A stretch of 64,000 nt of DNA from Hemiscyllium ocellatum (GCF_020745735.1 NC_083433.1:12659363-12723362), one strand, 5' to 3'. Positions 25,611 through 39,154 are shown, numbered from the stretch's first letter. Program-made: numbers and translations. Notes: generated from the sequence alone by a model not told the origin.

Positions 25611-26036
25611 GTCCAGTTGCAGAGTCCCAAAACCTTGATGATTGGATATGAGTTTGGATGGAATTATGGTGGAGCTGAAGCCAATAAATAGAAACCGAAA
25701 GAACTGCGGATGCTGTAAATCAGAAACAAAAGCAGAAGTTGCTGGAAAAGCTCAGCAGGCTGGCAGCATCTGTGAAGAGAAATCGGAGTTAACGTTTCGG
25801 GTGTAGTGACTTTCCTCAGGCCAGCTGAGCTTTTCTAGTGGCTTCCATTTTTGTGTCAAAAAATAGGAGCCGGATATAGGTGTCCCTGCCATCCAGATGT
25901 TCCAGGGATCACTGTAAGGTCAGGGAGGTGGCGTCTGGCGTGGACCTGTTATGATGTTTGCTGAATTGCAGCAGGTAGAGGCATTTTGGGAGGCAGGAGT
26001 TGATGTGTGCCATCACTGACCTCTCCAACCAGTTCT

Positions 26037-26327
26037 GGCGGCACGGTGGCACAGTGGTTAGCACTGCTGCCTCACAGCGCTAGAGACCCGGGTTCAATTC
26101 CCGACTCAGGCGACTGACTGTGTGGAGTTTGCACGTTCTCCCCGTGTCTGCGTGGGTTTCCTCCGGGTGCTCCGGTTTCCTCCCACAGTCCAAAGATGTG
26201 CGGGTCAGGTGAATTGGCCATGCTAAATTGCCTGTAGTGTTAGGTAAGGGGTAAATGTATGGGTGGGTTGCGCTTCGGCGGTCGGTGTGGACTTGTTGGA
26301 CTGTTTCCACACTGTAAGTAATCTAAT
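26037..26327 (+). mobile_element. Full-length tRNA-derived V-SINE (HE1-like)
   Basis: A box tggcacagtggt, B box ggttcaattcc, V-domain gtgtggagtttgcacgttctccccgtg, CR1-type 3' tail. Confidence 0.88.
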
Positions 26328-27954
26328 AATGTCAGAGCCTTTGGCAGTCGTCATTTAAGGGACATTGTCTGACTTTTCTTTTGCCCTAGCTCCTCAATTT
26401 GACATTTGAGAGGCTGAAGAGCAGCATGACATTGAGTTGTGTCAATTTGTTACATTGAGAGCATTAATGTACATGGGGTGAAGGGTAAGGTACTATTCTG
26501 GATAGTGAACTGCTGGGCAGACAGGAAACAAAGGGTAGGAATTGGAATGGACTTTTTTCTGAGTGGCAGCCAGTGACTAGTGTGGTACCGCAGTATCAGT
26601 GCCTGGAGCCCAGCTATTCACAACATATACGAGTGACTGCGGTGAGGGAACTAATCGTAATATTGCCAGGTTTGCAGATGGTACAGGCCTGGGTGGGAGG
26701 GTGAGCTGTGAAGGGGAGTAAGAGATGCTTCTGTGTGATTTGGGCAATTTGTGTGAGTGGTCAAATGAAATTGCCATAGTCCCACGGGACCATAGGGCTT
26801 CACTCTCATGGGAGAGAATTATAGAATACCTACAGTGCAGAAAGAGTCCATTTGGTCCATTGAATGTGTACCAAGCCTTCATAAACATCCACCAGACTCA
26901 TCCCCCCGCTTCTGATTCCCGTAACCCTGCATTTACTGTATCTAACCCACCTAGCCTGCACATCCCTAGGATAGTCAATCTGCCTAACCCTGCACACCCT
27001 TGGAGCGAGAGGAAGAGAGGGAGAGATAACCCCCTGGAGGTCATGATACTTCAGCCTTCATGGTGACCTCGCCTGGTTCAGGATTTGATCCCAGGCTGTT
27101 GGCCTCTCTCTGTGTTACAAATCAGCTGTCCAGCCAACCAAGCTAACTGACCTCTTGTACGGCAACTGAAGTATAATAAGACCATAATGCAGAGGAGCAG
27201 AACAAAATCATTCAGCCCACCAAGTCTCCTCTGCCATTCGATCATGGTTGATATGTTTCTCAACTTCATTCTCCTGCCTTCTCCCCGAAACCCTTGATCC
27301 TCTTACTCATCAAGGATCTATCGAACCCTGTCTCAAATACCTTCAATGACTCGGCTTCCATAGCTCTCTGCAGGAGTATGTTTCATAGATTCCCCACCCT
27401 CTGGCTGAAGAAATTCCTCCTCATCTCAATTCTGAAGGGTTATGCCTTCATTCTGAGGCTATGCCCTTAGGAACTAGTCTCTCCTACTCTTTCCCCCGTC
27501 CTCTCTATCCAGGCATCTCAGTATTCTGTAAGTTTTAATCAGATTCCCCCTCATCCTTCTAAACTCCATCGCATACAGACCCAGCGTCCTGACCCATTCA
27601 TCATGTGACAAGCCCTTCATCTGGGATCATTCTTGTGAAATTCCTCCAGCCCCCCTCCCCCCTAAACTTGGATTGGTAAATCACTTTGTGCTTTAGATTT
27701 CTGAAACCTTTCCCTTCTTAGATGATAGTTTGGAAGAGGAGAGTCATAAACTAAGTGCATAATTTCTCACTTCCCCACCCTGTACTCCATCTGACACTTT
27801 CTGCCACTCCACTATCTTTACGTCATCTACAAACTTACTAACAGTACCCCTAGTTTCTTCAGCCGATTATTAGCGTATAACATGAATAGTTGTGACCTCA
27901 ACATTGACTCCTGCAGAACTCCATTAGCACCATCCTGAAAAAGAGCCCTTGATC

Positions 27955-28440
27955 CTATGACATCAGTAATGGCTCTAAGAGGTGTATTTTGTCTGTTTGG
28001 TTGAAAAAGAGGTTTTAGAGTCATAGGTACTGAGCTGTCTCGTCCAAGGCAATAAAGCAAACGGATTGAGAGGCCCTGGATTTTTAAAAGCAGTAACAAT
28101 AGAAGCAGCCTGAATGGTCGGAGTATGGCTCTCAGAGAACCAGGATTTTAGTTTAGCTGTCAGTAGATTTGGAGTGTTGAAGCTAGATAGGGAAGCTCTC
28201 TTGCTTCATAGTGAAAAGCTGAGGCTTTCTCTCCCAGCTGACAATCACATGGGAGATTATCTCTTTCACTGACTTTGCCAGGCATATATGTTTATGATGG
28301 TAGTGGATTGGCACAGTTACTTTTTGGTAGTTACATTTATTATTCTGCCAAGTGTTCCAACACAGTTAAAGTTCAACCAAGTCTTCTTTGTTTTTTAGCT
28401 GTAGGGTAAGAGCAAAAAAGTGCTTCCTGCGAGTGAAAGA
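27955..28440 (+). mobile_element. LTR fragment, same family
   Basis: Similar to 45660-45960 (taacaatagaagcagcctga; cagaaccagg...tttagttt). Confidence 0.5.
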
Positions 28441-28489
28441 AGTCACTTAGGCTGGTGAACAAAGTGAGCAAGGCTAGATATTTGGAATT

Positions 28490-28700
28490 GAGAATGCGTT
28501 GCTAGAAAAGCACAGCAGGTCAGGCAGCATCCAAGGAACAGGAGAATCGACGTTTCGGGCATAAGCCCTTCTTCAGGCATCCTTCCTGAAGGGCTCATGC
28601 CCGAAACGTCGAATCTCCTGCTCCTTGGATGCTGCCTGACCTGCTGCGCTTTTCCAGCACCACATTTTCAGCTCTGATCTCCAGCCCTCACTTTCTCCTA
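28490..28700. mobile_element. Palindromic Penelope pLTR-derived short element
   Basis: Two inverted copies of gaaaagcacagcaggtcaggcagcatccaagga...cgacgtttcgggc. Similar elements at ~12772-12958, 48456-48643, 54533-54752 and 57064-57215. Confidence 0.75.
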
Positions 28701-31700
28701 GTGATTCAGAATTAGCAGGAAAACTTGGAGTTGCCTGTGGTGGTGAGGAGAGTGCTCTGATTGCATTCCTGGCAATTGTGAACACAAGCAATCATTAGAA
28801 ATGGCATAAAGTCAATTGCAAATGAAGCTGCTGGAGTTAGGGGCTACAGTAAGGGCAAAGTGAATAACCCTGGCAGAACCAAAGGAAAAATGACCAAAGC
28901 AGAAGAGAAAAAGGGAGGCAATGACTTAATCCAAAGGGAAGAAAGTTTTGCTCTTTATTCACTAAAGAGTTGTTTCCCCTGTCATTCATATCAATATGTA
29001 CAAAAGCCTCCAACTTCTAACTCTCCTTTAAGCAGTTTCAAGTGTTCTTAATCTGACCTATCATCTGTGCCAGCTCCTTCCACAGGAGTTTTTAAAAACC
29101 CATAGTCATATATATTAGGAAGATTATACTCTAGGGGTTGTAAAAACATAGTCAGATGTCCAGTATAGGAACAGACTGGTGCTCAACTTGGTTATGCTAA
29201 ACAGGCATCCTAACTCAGGATAGTCCCATTTGCTAACACTTAACACAATCCCTCCAAACCCCCCTTATTCATGCACCCGTCCAGGTGCCTTTAAGGTTGG
29301 CAATGTGCCAGCCTCCACCACTTCCTCTGGCAGCTCATTCCATACACACAATCACCCGGTACAGGCAAGTTGCCCCTTAGCTCCCTTTAAACCTTCCCCT
29401 CCCACCTTAATCAATCCTCTAGTTCTGGGCTCCTACCCCAGGTAAAGTCCATTTAGCCTACCCATGCCTTAATCTTTGCTACATTGACTGACCTGCCAAT
29501 ACTGTGTACAATTCAGGACAGCTGGGCAACAGAATGTATTCAGCATCATGTGAGTGAAAGAAATCTCACTTCAAATTATTCACTGACTGGTTCTCACTAG
29601 CCCCTGTTCTTTGACCTGGTTGGGATAGATCAGTTGTAGAGTAAGATTGGGATGTAGTTACAGTCCAGAAGTAGGTGGGTATCTTACTCTCCTGTTCTAA
29701 GGCCACTTGGAAAGATTCCACAGACATCTCAAACCAAGAGGTTGAGTCTAATTTAAGGCCAGCCGAAAACCCCTTTTCATGAAGTGAAAATTTAATTTTT
29801 CCTAACACATCCTTTCCATAAGGATATTGTTACCACTAAGATGGCCGCACCGTCAACCTTTAGAAGGGTCTGATTTGCCAGAGAAAGTAGCACAAAGAAA
29901 TCTGTTTCCCCGTTAATCAGGAGGGAGATCCAGTTCAATCACTAAGAATCAGAATGATTACTGAGTGTCCCAGCAGATCACAAGCACCTGTAAAGTGTAG
30001 CTCAAATTAAAGCTATTATTGACACAATTAAGCAATGTCAAGATGCTTATTGACACATGATCCAGCACAGTCATTTCTTTCTTTACAAGAGGTACATTCT
30101 AAGCTAGAGAGCAAGACAGTCCCCCAGGCCCCACTAACTGCTGTCCCCCAGTGAGAGCCTGTCCAACAGGTACTCTCCCAGCCCATTCTCAGGAGCTCCC
30201 AGACACTCCAGGTCAGTGACGTAGTCACTGGATGACCTGAACCCCCTCATCCAAATTGTGGGGTGCGAGATATTACCTGCCACATGTCAAAGTTAAACAT
30301 TGACTGTTTCTCCCATCCTACGTTTACCCGGCAGTATGAGTGTTGAGACCTGATATTGTGAAAGGCAACATTTGGATTGTTATTGAGATAGTAAAGCTAT
30401 TAGAAATGCAGCAGTTAGCACACGAGGTGTGGTTTTGCCATCAAAACACACTGGCCTGGGTCCAGAGGGCACTCCCCTTACCCAGGTAAACCAACTGGAC
30501 AGGTTGGGACAGGACACCTTCAACAGTTCATTGTAGTACAACACTCACTGTAAAAGGCCTGGGAATGGGGCTTGAATCTAACTAGCTCAAGTGAAAATGT
30601 TCACTAGAGGTACAGCTGTACTGTTAAATGCTAGCTTTATATGTCAAAGCTTCATTTGATATTCCTATTTACAACATAACTAGAAATGTAATGATATACA
30701 GCAGTGCTGGTTCCCTAATTGGCCTGTGGGCCTTTGCAATGATCAGGCCAGTGAGATGTTGCCCTGAGGGTCAGGCAGTCATGAGAATGAGGAGCTGGTG
30801 AAGCTTACATGAGGGTCAGTCTGGGCAGTGGCGAGTTGGTGTAGATCCAGCAAACTCTGGTTCAAATTCTTCTCCAGATCCAGGGCAACCTGCATTGCCT
30901 GCAGACCGTTACCCCACTCATCCCTCTCTGGCTTCTGAAACATGGAAACAAAGGACAGTTAAGGATCAGGACAGAACAATTAACTACTCAGGGTTGCTTT
31001 CACCAGTTCTGAAGGGTAACAGAGCTCATTGTTAACTCCAGACCCAAAGAACCTCTAGGAATTTGTTATTGGTTTCACATGCCCATTTGTAATGAATGGC
31101 ATTGAAACATGAAACCCAGGAAGAGGGCAATGTTCTTTACTGTGGGATTAGGGGATAATTACACAAGAATTGCATATCAGGTGGATTTCAGTCCCCATGA
31201 GAGATGGGTGGCATGGTGACTCAGTGGTTAGCAGTGCTGCCTCAGCACCAGGGACCCAGGTTTGATTCCTGCTTCAGGCAACGGTGTTGCGTTTACCCCT
31301 TTGTGTGTGGGTTTCCTCCCACATTCCAAAAGTGGGGAAATTGTCCATAGTGTTAGGTACATTAGTCATAAAAAGTGACAAACGAATCTGGGTGGGCAAC
31401 TCGAGACCTGGTGTGGACTTGTTGGGCCAAAGGGCTTGCTTCCACACTGTAGGGAAACAAATCAAGAGATTCGACATTCTAGTCCACATGGTGTCAGTAT
31501 GGAGAGATCAAACAGATAGTAAAAACCCAAAGGGACTTTTCCCCTTCATGAAGTGAAAACCTGTCACTGACTTGATGTTACATTGAGAGCGGCCATTTCC
31601 CCCTCCCCCCATTCCCACCTTCACATCCATGAGGTGGACTCTGCCTCCACGCTGATTCTGGAATTTCAGCAGCTTCCCTGCATGTTCCTGCTTCTCTTGG

Positions 31701-33389
31701 GACTGAGCTTTGAAGAACTGGGAGAAATGGTGCAGGGCAACATCATCCCGGTCAAAGTACGACATCTGAAAGAGAACCATTTACATCCCATTAACACATC
31801 ACTGGGCCTAATTGTACACCTCAAAGCAGGAAGCAGCTGATCAGTGACAGACTCAATAAAAGGGCAACGTCTCACTTTCCACCCCCCCCAAATTTTAGGG
31901 AGAGTGAATAACCAAGGTTATAAAATTTCAACTTGTGAAGATTAGCCAGTAGTAGTGCTGGGTCAATGGGACCATCTGTTTGAAGATGCTCTTTTAGATT
32001 TAAAGGGACTATTCAGTCAGGTCAAGACATTTAGAGCAATATTAACCTCTGCCAGCATCTAACTCATGGCAAGAGAAGTTGAAACATTAACCAAAGATAC
32101 AACTGGCCATTGGCAAACAGGACAAAGTGGGAACTTTAGTGGAAAAAGTTGGAATTAAAGACAACAGCAATAGGCTTTAGAATAGAATAGATTAACAGCT
32201 GTTCCTTGGAGCCGCACAGTGGTTAGCAGTACTGCCTCACAGCACCAGGGACCTGGGTTTGATTCCAGCCTCAGGTGACTGAGTATGTGGAGTTTGCACA
32301 TTCACCCCATGTCTATGACTTTCCTCCAGGTGCTCTAGTTTCATCCCACAGTTCAAAAGTGTGCAGGTTAGTTGGATTGACTGTTAAATTGCCCAGAGCA
32401 TGCAGAGATGTGGAGGCTAAGTACATTAGTCAGGGGAAGTATGGAGTTGTAGGATAGGGTACAGATGCTTGGTATGGACTTGTTGGGCATTGTAGCAATT
32501 CTGAAATTGCTATGAGGATGGTTGGAGGAATAGAAATTTAACAATTCCTTCAATTCATTTGTAATTTGCCCAGGGGATGTAACAAAGTAGAGGAAATCAA
32601 GAGATGTACAACTGATATCAGCAAATGGGATTAGATTGGAATGAGATATCTGGTCAGCATGGACACATTAGACCAAAAGGATCTGTTTCCACACTGTACA
32701 TCTCTATGATGAAGTGATGGGTTTCTGATTTTATGGTTTAACTATAGGATTAATGACAGCTGCTGCCTTTACACAGCTTGTCCAATAGATATCTCCATCT
32801 CCTCAACACGAGTGACTAAACTCCCATTAGACCAGTACAGGGAGATAATTTAAGGACAGATGCAAGGAATTGCACTGGTCAGTAACATCCAGAGAGTGTG
32901 TTACAGACTAACAGACAGCACTTTCCATCCATTACATGTGGGACATCATTAGTATTAGCTTAATTTATTGAGTAGTTAAGATAGCTACAAAAACAACATG
33001 CTACAGATCAAGTCCAGATGAAAGGAAAAACAAAAATTTCAACATTAGTGCTGAGGGATATCATTCAGCACAGCATTGTTGTTCTCTGATTAGAACTAGT
33101 TACAATTCCCTACATTTTCCCATAATGTCAAGGGAAGTTTACTTCCTAAGAAAAGCCCCTTAAAACAGACTTTTTTTAATTTCAAAAATATACTTTATTC
33201 ATATAATAATTTGATGGTCTGTACAGTTGGTCATGCCATACATATGTAAACATTTACATACAGAGATCAGAATTTATCATTGTTATATACAGGTCTGTAC
33301 AGTTTTCAATCATATGCCCATATATTGAGCTGAGGCGTCAGCAGAGCCCAAATGACTGCGTGGGCCCCCTGTTCTCAGACAGGCAGATG

Positions 33390-36300
33390 TTACACGGTGG
33401 TCTTTCCCCACCGCGCCTTGGTAGCAGCTGCCCCGAGCTTCAGCGCGTCCCTCAACACGTAGTCCTGGACCTTGGAATGTGCCAGTCTGCAACACTCAGT
33501 CGGGGTCAACTCCTTCAGCTGGAAGATCAACAGGTTTCGGACCACCCAGAGAGCGTCCTTCACCGGGTTGATGATCCTCCAGGCACAGTTGATGTTCGTC
33601 TCGGTGTGCGTCCCGGGGAACAGGCCGTAGACCACGGAGTCCCGCATCATGGCGCTGCTCGGGACGAATCTCGACAAACACCACTGCATTCCTCTCCAGA
33701 CTTCCTCTGCACAGGCACATTCCAGAAGGAGGTGTGTGACAGTCTCGTCCCCCCCGCAGCCGCTTCGAGGGCAGCGTGCGGTGTGGCTGAGAGTCCGGGC
33801 GTGCATAAAGGATCTCACAGGTAGAGCCCTTCTCACCACCAGCCAAGCCATGTCTTGGTGCTTGTTGGAAAGTTCTGGCGATGAGGCATTCTGCCAAATG
33901 GCTTTGACAGTCTGCTCAGGGAACCATATGATAGGATCCGCCCTCTTCTTTTCCCGAAGGGTCTCAAGGACACTACGTGCTGACCACTTCCTGGTGGACT
34001 TGTGGTCAAAGGTGTTTTTCTTCATAAACTTCTCCATGAGGGACAAGTGATACGGAGCGGTCCAACTACTCGGAGCGTTCCGTGGCAGCGAGGCCAGGCC
34101 CATCCTTCGCAACACCGGGGACAGGTAGAACCTCAGTATGTAGTGACACTTGGTGTTTGCGTACTGGGGATCCACGCACAGCTTGATGCAGCCACACACA
34201 AAGGTGGCCATCAGGGTGAGGGTGTCATTGGGTGTATTTTTTCCCCCATTGCCCAGATCTTTGTATAGCGAGTCCCTTCGGACCCGGTCCATCTTTGATC
34301 TCCATATAAACTGGAAGATGGCCCGGGTGACTGTGATGGCACAGGTTCTGGGAATAGGCCAGACCTGTGCCACGTATAACAGCAATGACAGTGCCTCACA
34401 CCTGATGACCAGGTTTTTTCCCGCGATGGAGAGTGACCATAGCTTCCATCTGCCCAGTTTCTGCCTCACTTTGCTGATACACTCCCCCCAAGACTTGGCA
34501 TATGCCCCAGCCCCCCTGAACCAAATATCCAGCACCTTCAGGTGGTCGGTCTCGACAGTGAAGGGGATCGAGGATTGGTCGGCCCAGTTCCCGAAGAGCA
34601 TGGCCTCGCTCTTGCCTCAGTTTACCTTGGCCCCCGAGGCCCGTTCGAACTGGTCACATATGCATATGAGTCTGTGCACGGACAGCGGATCCGAGCAGAA
34701 AATGGCGACGTCATCCATGTACAGGGAGGCCTTAACCTGCAGGCCCCCGCTGCCCGGAATAGTCACCCCTCTCAGGCTCGCATCCTTCCTGATGGACTTG
34801 GCAAATGGCTCTATGCAGCACACAAACAAGGCAGGAGAGAGAGGGCAGCCCTGCCTGACTCCAGATCTAACTGGGAAGCTATCTGATTCCCACCCATTGA
34901 TTGAGACTGCACTGACAATGTTGGTGTAGAGCAGTCTGATCCAATTGCAGATTCCCTCCCCAAAGCCCATTTTGAAGAGAACATCTCTCATATACCTGTG
35001 TGATATCCTGTCAAAGGCTTTCTCCTGGTCCAGGCTGATCAGGCAGGTGTCCAACACTCTGTCCTGCACGTAGGCGATTGTATCCCTGAGGAGTGCGAGA
35101 CTCTCAGCGATCTTCCTGCCTGGTACAGCACAGGTTTGGTCAGGGTGAATCACCGACCCCAGAGCAGACCTGACCCGGTTGGCGATTACCTTTGACAGGA
35201 TTTTGTAATCCGCATTTAATAGTGAGATTGGTCTCCAATTTTTGAGTTCCTCCCTCTCCCCCTTCCGCTTGTAGATGAGGGTGATGATGCCTTTCTTCAT
35301 GGATTCACTCATGGTACCTGCCCGAAGCATACTGACATACACCTCCAGCAGGTCCTGGCCAATCAAGTCCCACAGAGTGGAATTGAGCTTGACCGGTAAG
35401 CCGTCACTTTTCGAAGGACTCGAGGGCCTTGGTCAGCTCGTCCAGAGATAGCGGCTGGTCCAGCCTCTCACGTGTTCTGTCGTCTCAGACCTCCGTGATA
35501 GAGGACAGGACCGACTGGGAGGCCGCATTGTCAGTCGGCTTCGCGTCATACAGACTGGCATAGAAGGATTTGCTGATCCTCATGACGTCAGCCTGAGATG
35601 ACGTTATCGAGCCATCTTCTCCCTTCAGGCTGCTGAGCACAGAGCTCTCTTTGTGCACCTTCTGGAAGAAGAAACGTGAGCACGTCTCGTCCTGCTCCAC
35701 CGAGCGGACCCGGGACCGGAAGATTATCTTGGAGGCCTCCGAGGCAAAGAGCGAGGCTTGTTGGCCCTTCACCTCCTGGAGGTCCTCCGTGACATCGACC
35801 CCCATCGTCTGCAGTAGGAGCAGGTTCTGCATACTTTCCTGGAGTTGGGACAGTTTTCCCTGCCTCTCTCTCGCCTCCTGAACACCTTTGAGGATGAAGA
35901 AACTCTTGATGTTCCCTTTTACTGTTTCCCACCAGTCCGCTGGGGACTCAAAGAGGGGCTTCACGGTTCTCCAACCTGCGTAATCCCTCTTGAGCTCCTC
36001 AATGTTTCCTGGGGTCAACAGCTTAGTGTTCAGCTTCCACGTTCCCTTACCCGCCTGCTGCTTGTCCTGTAGGTGACAGTCGGCCAGCAGGAGGCAGTGG
36101 TCAGAGAAGAACACCGGCTTGACGTCGGTGGATCTGACCGAGAGTGTTCGGGACACAAACAGGTAATCTATCCTTGAGCGGATAGACCCGTCTGCCCGTG
36201 ACCAGGTGTATCTACGCTGCGCTCCATCTGCAGGGGTGCTGAAGACGTCGTGCAGCTTGGCATCTTTTACCGTGTCCATCAGGGCTCTGGACATGGCGTC

Positions 36301-36767
36301 CAGTTTACTGTCCCCCCCGCCGGATCGTCCATCTGCATCAATGATACAGTTGAAGTCTCCGGCCAGAATGACCGAACTGGACGTAGCCAGCAACAGTGGA
36401 AGCTGCTGCAGGTCGGCCAACCGTCCACTCTTACCCACTGGGGCGTACACATTAATCAGTCTCAGGACAGCATTCCTGTACATGACCTCGGCGACTTCAC
36501 CACCTCCTTAACCTCGGAGATGGTGAAGTTGCCTCCTCACAACAGGATACCCAGGCCGGAGGCGTGGCTATCGTTGCCCCCCGACCAAACTGACTGCCCA
36601 TGGGCCCACAAGCTCGACCATCTCCTGTAGCTGCTGAGGTGCGGTATCCCACACTCCTGCAGAAACAGGACGTCGGCTTTAACGCTGGCCAGGAAGGCCA
36701 TCATTGAAACACATCGCGTAGCCAATTTGATGCTACGCACATTGATGCTGGCAATTTTAAACCCCAT
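33390..36767 (-). pseudogene. Tx1 ORF2 (APE endonuclease-reverse transcriptase), broken into four ORF pieces
   Basis: ORF-track pieces 36537..36767, 35485..36483, 34617..35366 and 33390..34601 are colinear EN-RT-ZnF domains. Confidence 0.9.
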
Positions 36768-36891
36768 TTTAACAGTTTACGAGGTTAACAGTGTCCATTT
36801 GCTGCTGGTCTTGCCCCTCTGGGGTAGCTGTGTGCATCCCCGTGGTGACGGCAAACTGCTGGACCATCCCAGGGCTGAGGTAGCTGTCCGG

Positions 36892-37940
36892 CTACACGCT
36901 GGAGCCATTTCCCCGCTCTGGTGTATTCAGGTGGGGCCCAGGGTCTGCACCGTCCAGTTCTCCATCTGACTTCGGGGCTGTCACAGGACCGCTGCTCCCA
37001 GTAACCTGGAGCTGTGGGCTGGGGGGTACCTCTTGGTTCTCACCAGGTGGGGGGAGGCCTTTACCCATCCCCACAGAGGGATCGTCTTTTCCTGCTTGGG
37101 CGATGCTGCCCTCCTTTTTCCCCACGGCGCTCTGAATCTTCCTCTGGTGACAACCCTCCTTGAGCCCGTCCTCACCGTCGGAAGAGCTGCCTGTATCCTT
37201 GTCGTGTAGATGTCGCTTCCCCCTTCGCTGGGTGGCTTTGGGGCCCTTGAGAGGTTTCCTCTTCCTGCTTTTGACAGTAATCCAATCCTCTGCCTCCTCT
37301 TCCATTTCCTCCGTCTGTCTTGAAGGAGCTTGGATCGGCCGCTGCATCTCCCCGCTGTCTGCCGTCTGCTCCGCTACAGCCTGCCTTTCCTTCTGGGTGC
37401 CTCCAGACACCGTTCCCGTGCTGTTTTGTGGTACCTTGCTGGTCTTAGTCGGTCCACGGCTCGTGTTGCCACCTCCGGCCATCTGTGCGTAGGTGGCGGC
37501 TCCTCGTCTTGGGCAGGCCTTGTACATGTGGCCCGCCTCTCTGCACAGATTACAGTTCTTGGCCTCCTTACATTCCTTGGTCGGGTGGCCTTCCTGTTTG
37601 CAGTTTCGGCAGACAGTCACCTTACAATCCGCCGCCATGTGGCCCGACCTCCCACAGGTTCGGCACACTTTTGGCTGCCCTGCGTATGTCAGGTAACCTC
37701 TGCTTCCTCCGATGGCAAAGCTGGAGGGTGGGTGGAGGATGTTCCCACTGGCATCAACCCAACTCCTCGGCGCAGGAAGCACACACAACGGGACCACCGA
37801 CAAAATGGAGAACAGAGGTTCCCCTTCCTTCTCCTTGAAGACCTTCAGGAGCTGCTCGCAAGTCTTCACGCTCCTGATGGTCCCGTTGAAATAGCCTGCC
37901 GCAGGGAAATCCTGCAGGCAGTACATGTCCGCTGCAGAGA
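36892..37940 (-). pseudogene. Tx1 ORF1 (gag-like zinc-knuckle protein), partial
   Basis: CRTCGRSGHMAADC / CRNCKQEGHPTKEC / CNLCREAGHMYKAC. Confidence 0.85.
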
Positions 37941-38169
37941 CACACACAAAAAAACACTAACCAAAGACTGGTACAGACAGGAGGCAGTGAGGTCCAGGTT
38001 AATCTGCTTGTTTACAGCAGCTTCACAATCCTGGTGGTAGTTTTGACAAACCTGAGAATCCACTTAGCCAAAATAGACACCAAAACACACAAGCGCATCC
38101 CTGACTCTAAATAAAAATCTAACACCAACTACATCCAATGACCCATTGCCACGGAACTTTAATGTACCT

Positions 38170-38409
38170 ATTGCTTTATTTTGATTTAGTCCCTGCCCTC
38201 CCCTTCACTGTTTGATCACACAGCATTGCCCTTTGATGTGAAGGGCACTGCTTGTCACTGACCACCCAGGTGTTTCCTATCTTCTTGGTGGTGGAAACTG
38301 AATAAAGATTTGTGCACTTTGTGTCTCACACCTGCACACACACACCATGGGGGCTGGGGAAAAATAAGCACTACCGCAGTTAGGCGGTAGTGTGGGGGTT
38401 AAAAAAAAT
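38170..38409 (+). mobile_element. 3' UTR of the second Tx1-like family replacing the copy 4 promoter
   Basis: Highly similar to 44712-44865; terminal hairpin and oligo-A. Confidence 0.7.
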
Positions 38410-38699
38410 ATAATGTTCAAACTATAGAGAAAGTTCAACTCTAACGCATAAGAGGTTTGTTCATAATATCAACAGCTGGGAAGAAGCTGTTCTTAAATCT
38501 GTTGATATGGGTTTTCAAACTTTTGTATCTTCAGCCTGAAAGAAGAGGGTGGAAGAGAATATAACTGGGGTAGGAAGCATTTCTGATCTTGTTGGCGGCT
38601 TTTCGGAGGCAAGTATAGATGGAGTCAGTGGATGGAAGGCTGGTTTTCATGATGGACTGTGTTTATAGACCAGGCCAGACCCCTTCAAAACATTTCAAG

Positions 38700-38742
38700 A
38701 CACACACACACACACACACACACACAGAGACAGAGACAGACA
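38700..38742. repeat. (CA)n/(CAGAGA)n microsatellite
   Basis: Seen directly. Confidence 0.85.
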
Positions 38743-39121
38743 GAATACCCCTGAACCTGCTTCTCTGGGACCAGCAGCTTCTTCAACACTACTGCTAAAG
38801 CCCAAACCAAAGCTGAGCTGGGAAAGAACTGGCCACTCCCCCTTTCATTGTACAAGTTTGCCCACCAAGCTGGAAGGTTTGTTCTCAGATGTTTCACCAC
38901 CATGCCAGGTTACATCATCACTGAGCCTCTGGTGAGGTGCTAGTATAATGTCCTGAATTCTATTTGTGCACCCTAGTCTGTTTTGGTGAGTGATATCACT
39001 TCCGGTTCTTTTTCTGAGAGATTGGTAAATCGGATCCAAATCGATGTGTTTATGATGGAGTTCCGGTTGGGTAGAGTCAGGCTCTCACAAAACCAGCTAG
39101 TTTAGCTTTCAGCAGTTATTT

Positions 39122-39123
<2 letters not shown>

Positions 39124-39154
<31 letters not shown>

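Larger units (their letters stand above)
23710..26030 (-). mobile_element. Rex1/Babar-like LINE fragment with nested insertions
   Basis: WCKDNNLSL-TKELVINFRK...DLSW...LYVLRRLRKF; (CAAAT)n-type tail at ~23712-23730; paralogous piece at 38410-38660. Confidence 0.7.
33171..37940 (-). mobile_element. Tx1/L1-clade non-LTR retrotransposon, 5'-truncated, decayed ORF1+ORF2, in intron 1 of copy 4
   Basis: ORF1 has three CCHC knuckles. ORF2 runs from 36767 (MGFKIASINVR) with an APE endonuclease (GDFN, SRIDY, SDH), RT (GVRQGCPLSP, YMDD) and a C-terminal Cys/His zinc motif ending at 33390. AATAAA plus an A tail at ~33171-33200. Several frameshifts and stops. Confidence 0.93.
30134..38063 (-). pseudogene. 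Ferritin copy 4 pseudogene; exons 37962..38063, 31619..31765, 30809..30934, ~30134..30265 (degraded)
   Basis: Start codon is GTG (38061-38063). E27D and Y32C substitutions. A 4.8-kb LINE sits in intron 1. Exon 4 has deletions and has lost its acceptor and LCDFLET. The promoter is replaced by a retroelement tail. Confidence 0.92.

Noticed and set aside
26037-26110. tRNA-like A/B boxes as tRNA genes
   Set aside because: They are SINE heads continuing into the V-domain and LINE tail.
37866-38063. ORF-track call of an intact MDSQ start for copy 4 and a possible ferritin-Tx1 ORF1 fusion
   Set aside because: The codon is GTG, the promoter is lost, and exon 1 read-through is in a different frame from ORF1 and stops at 37866.
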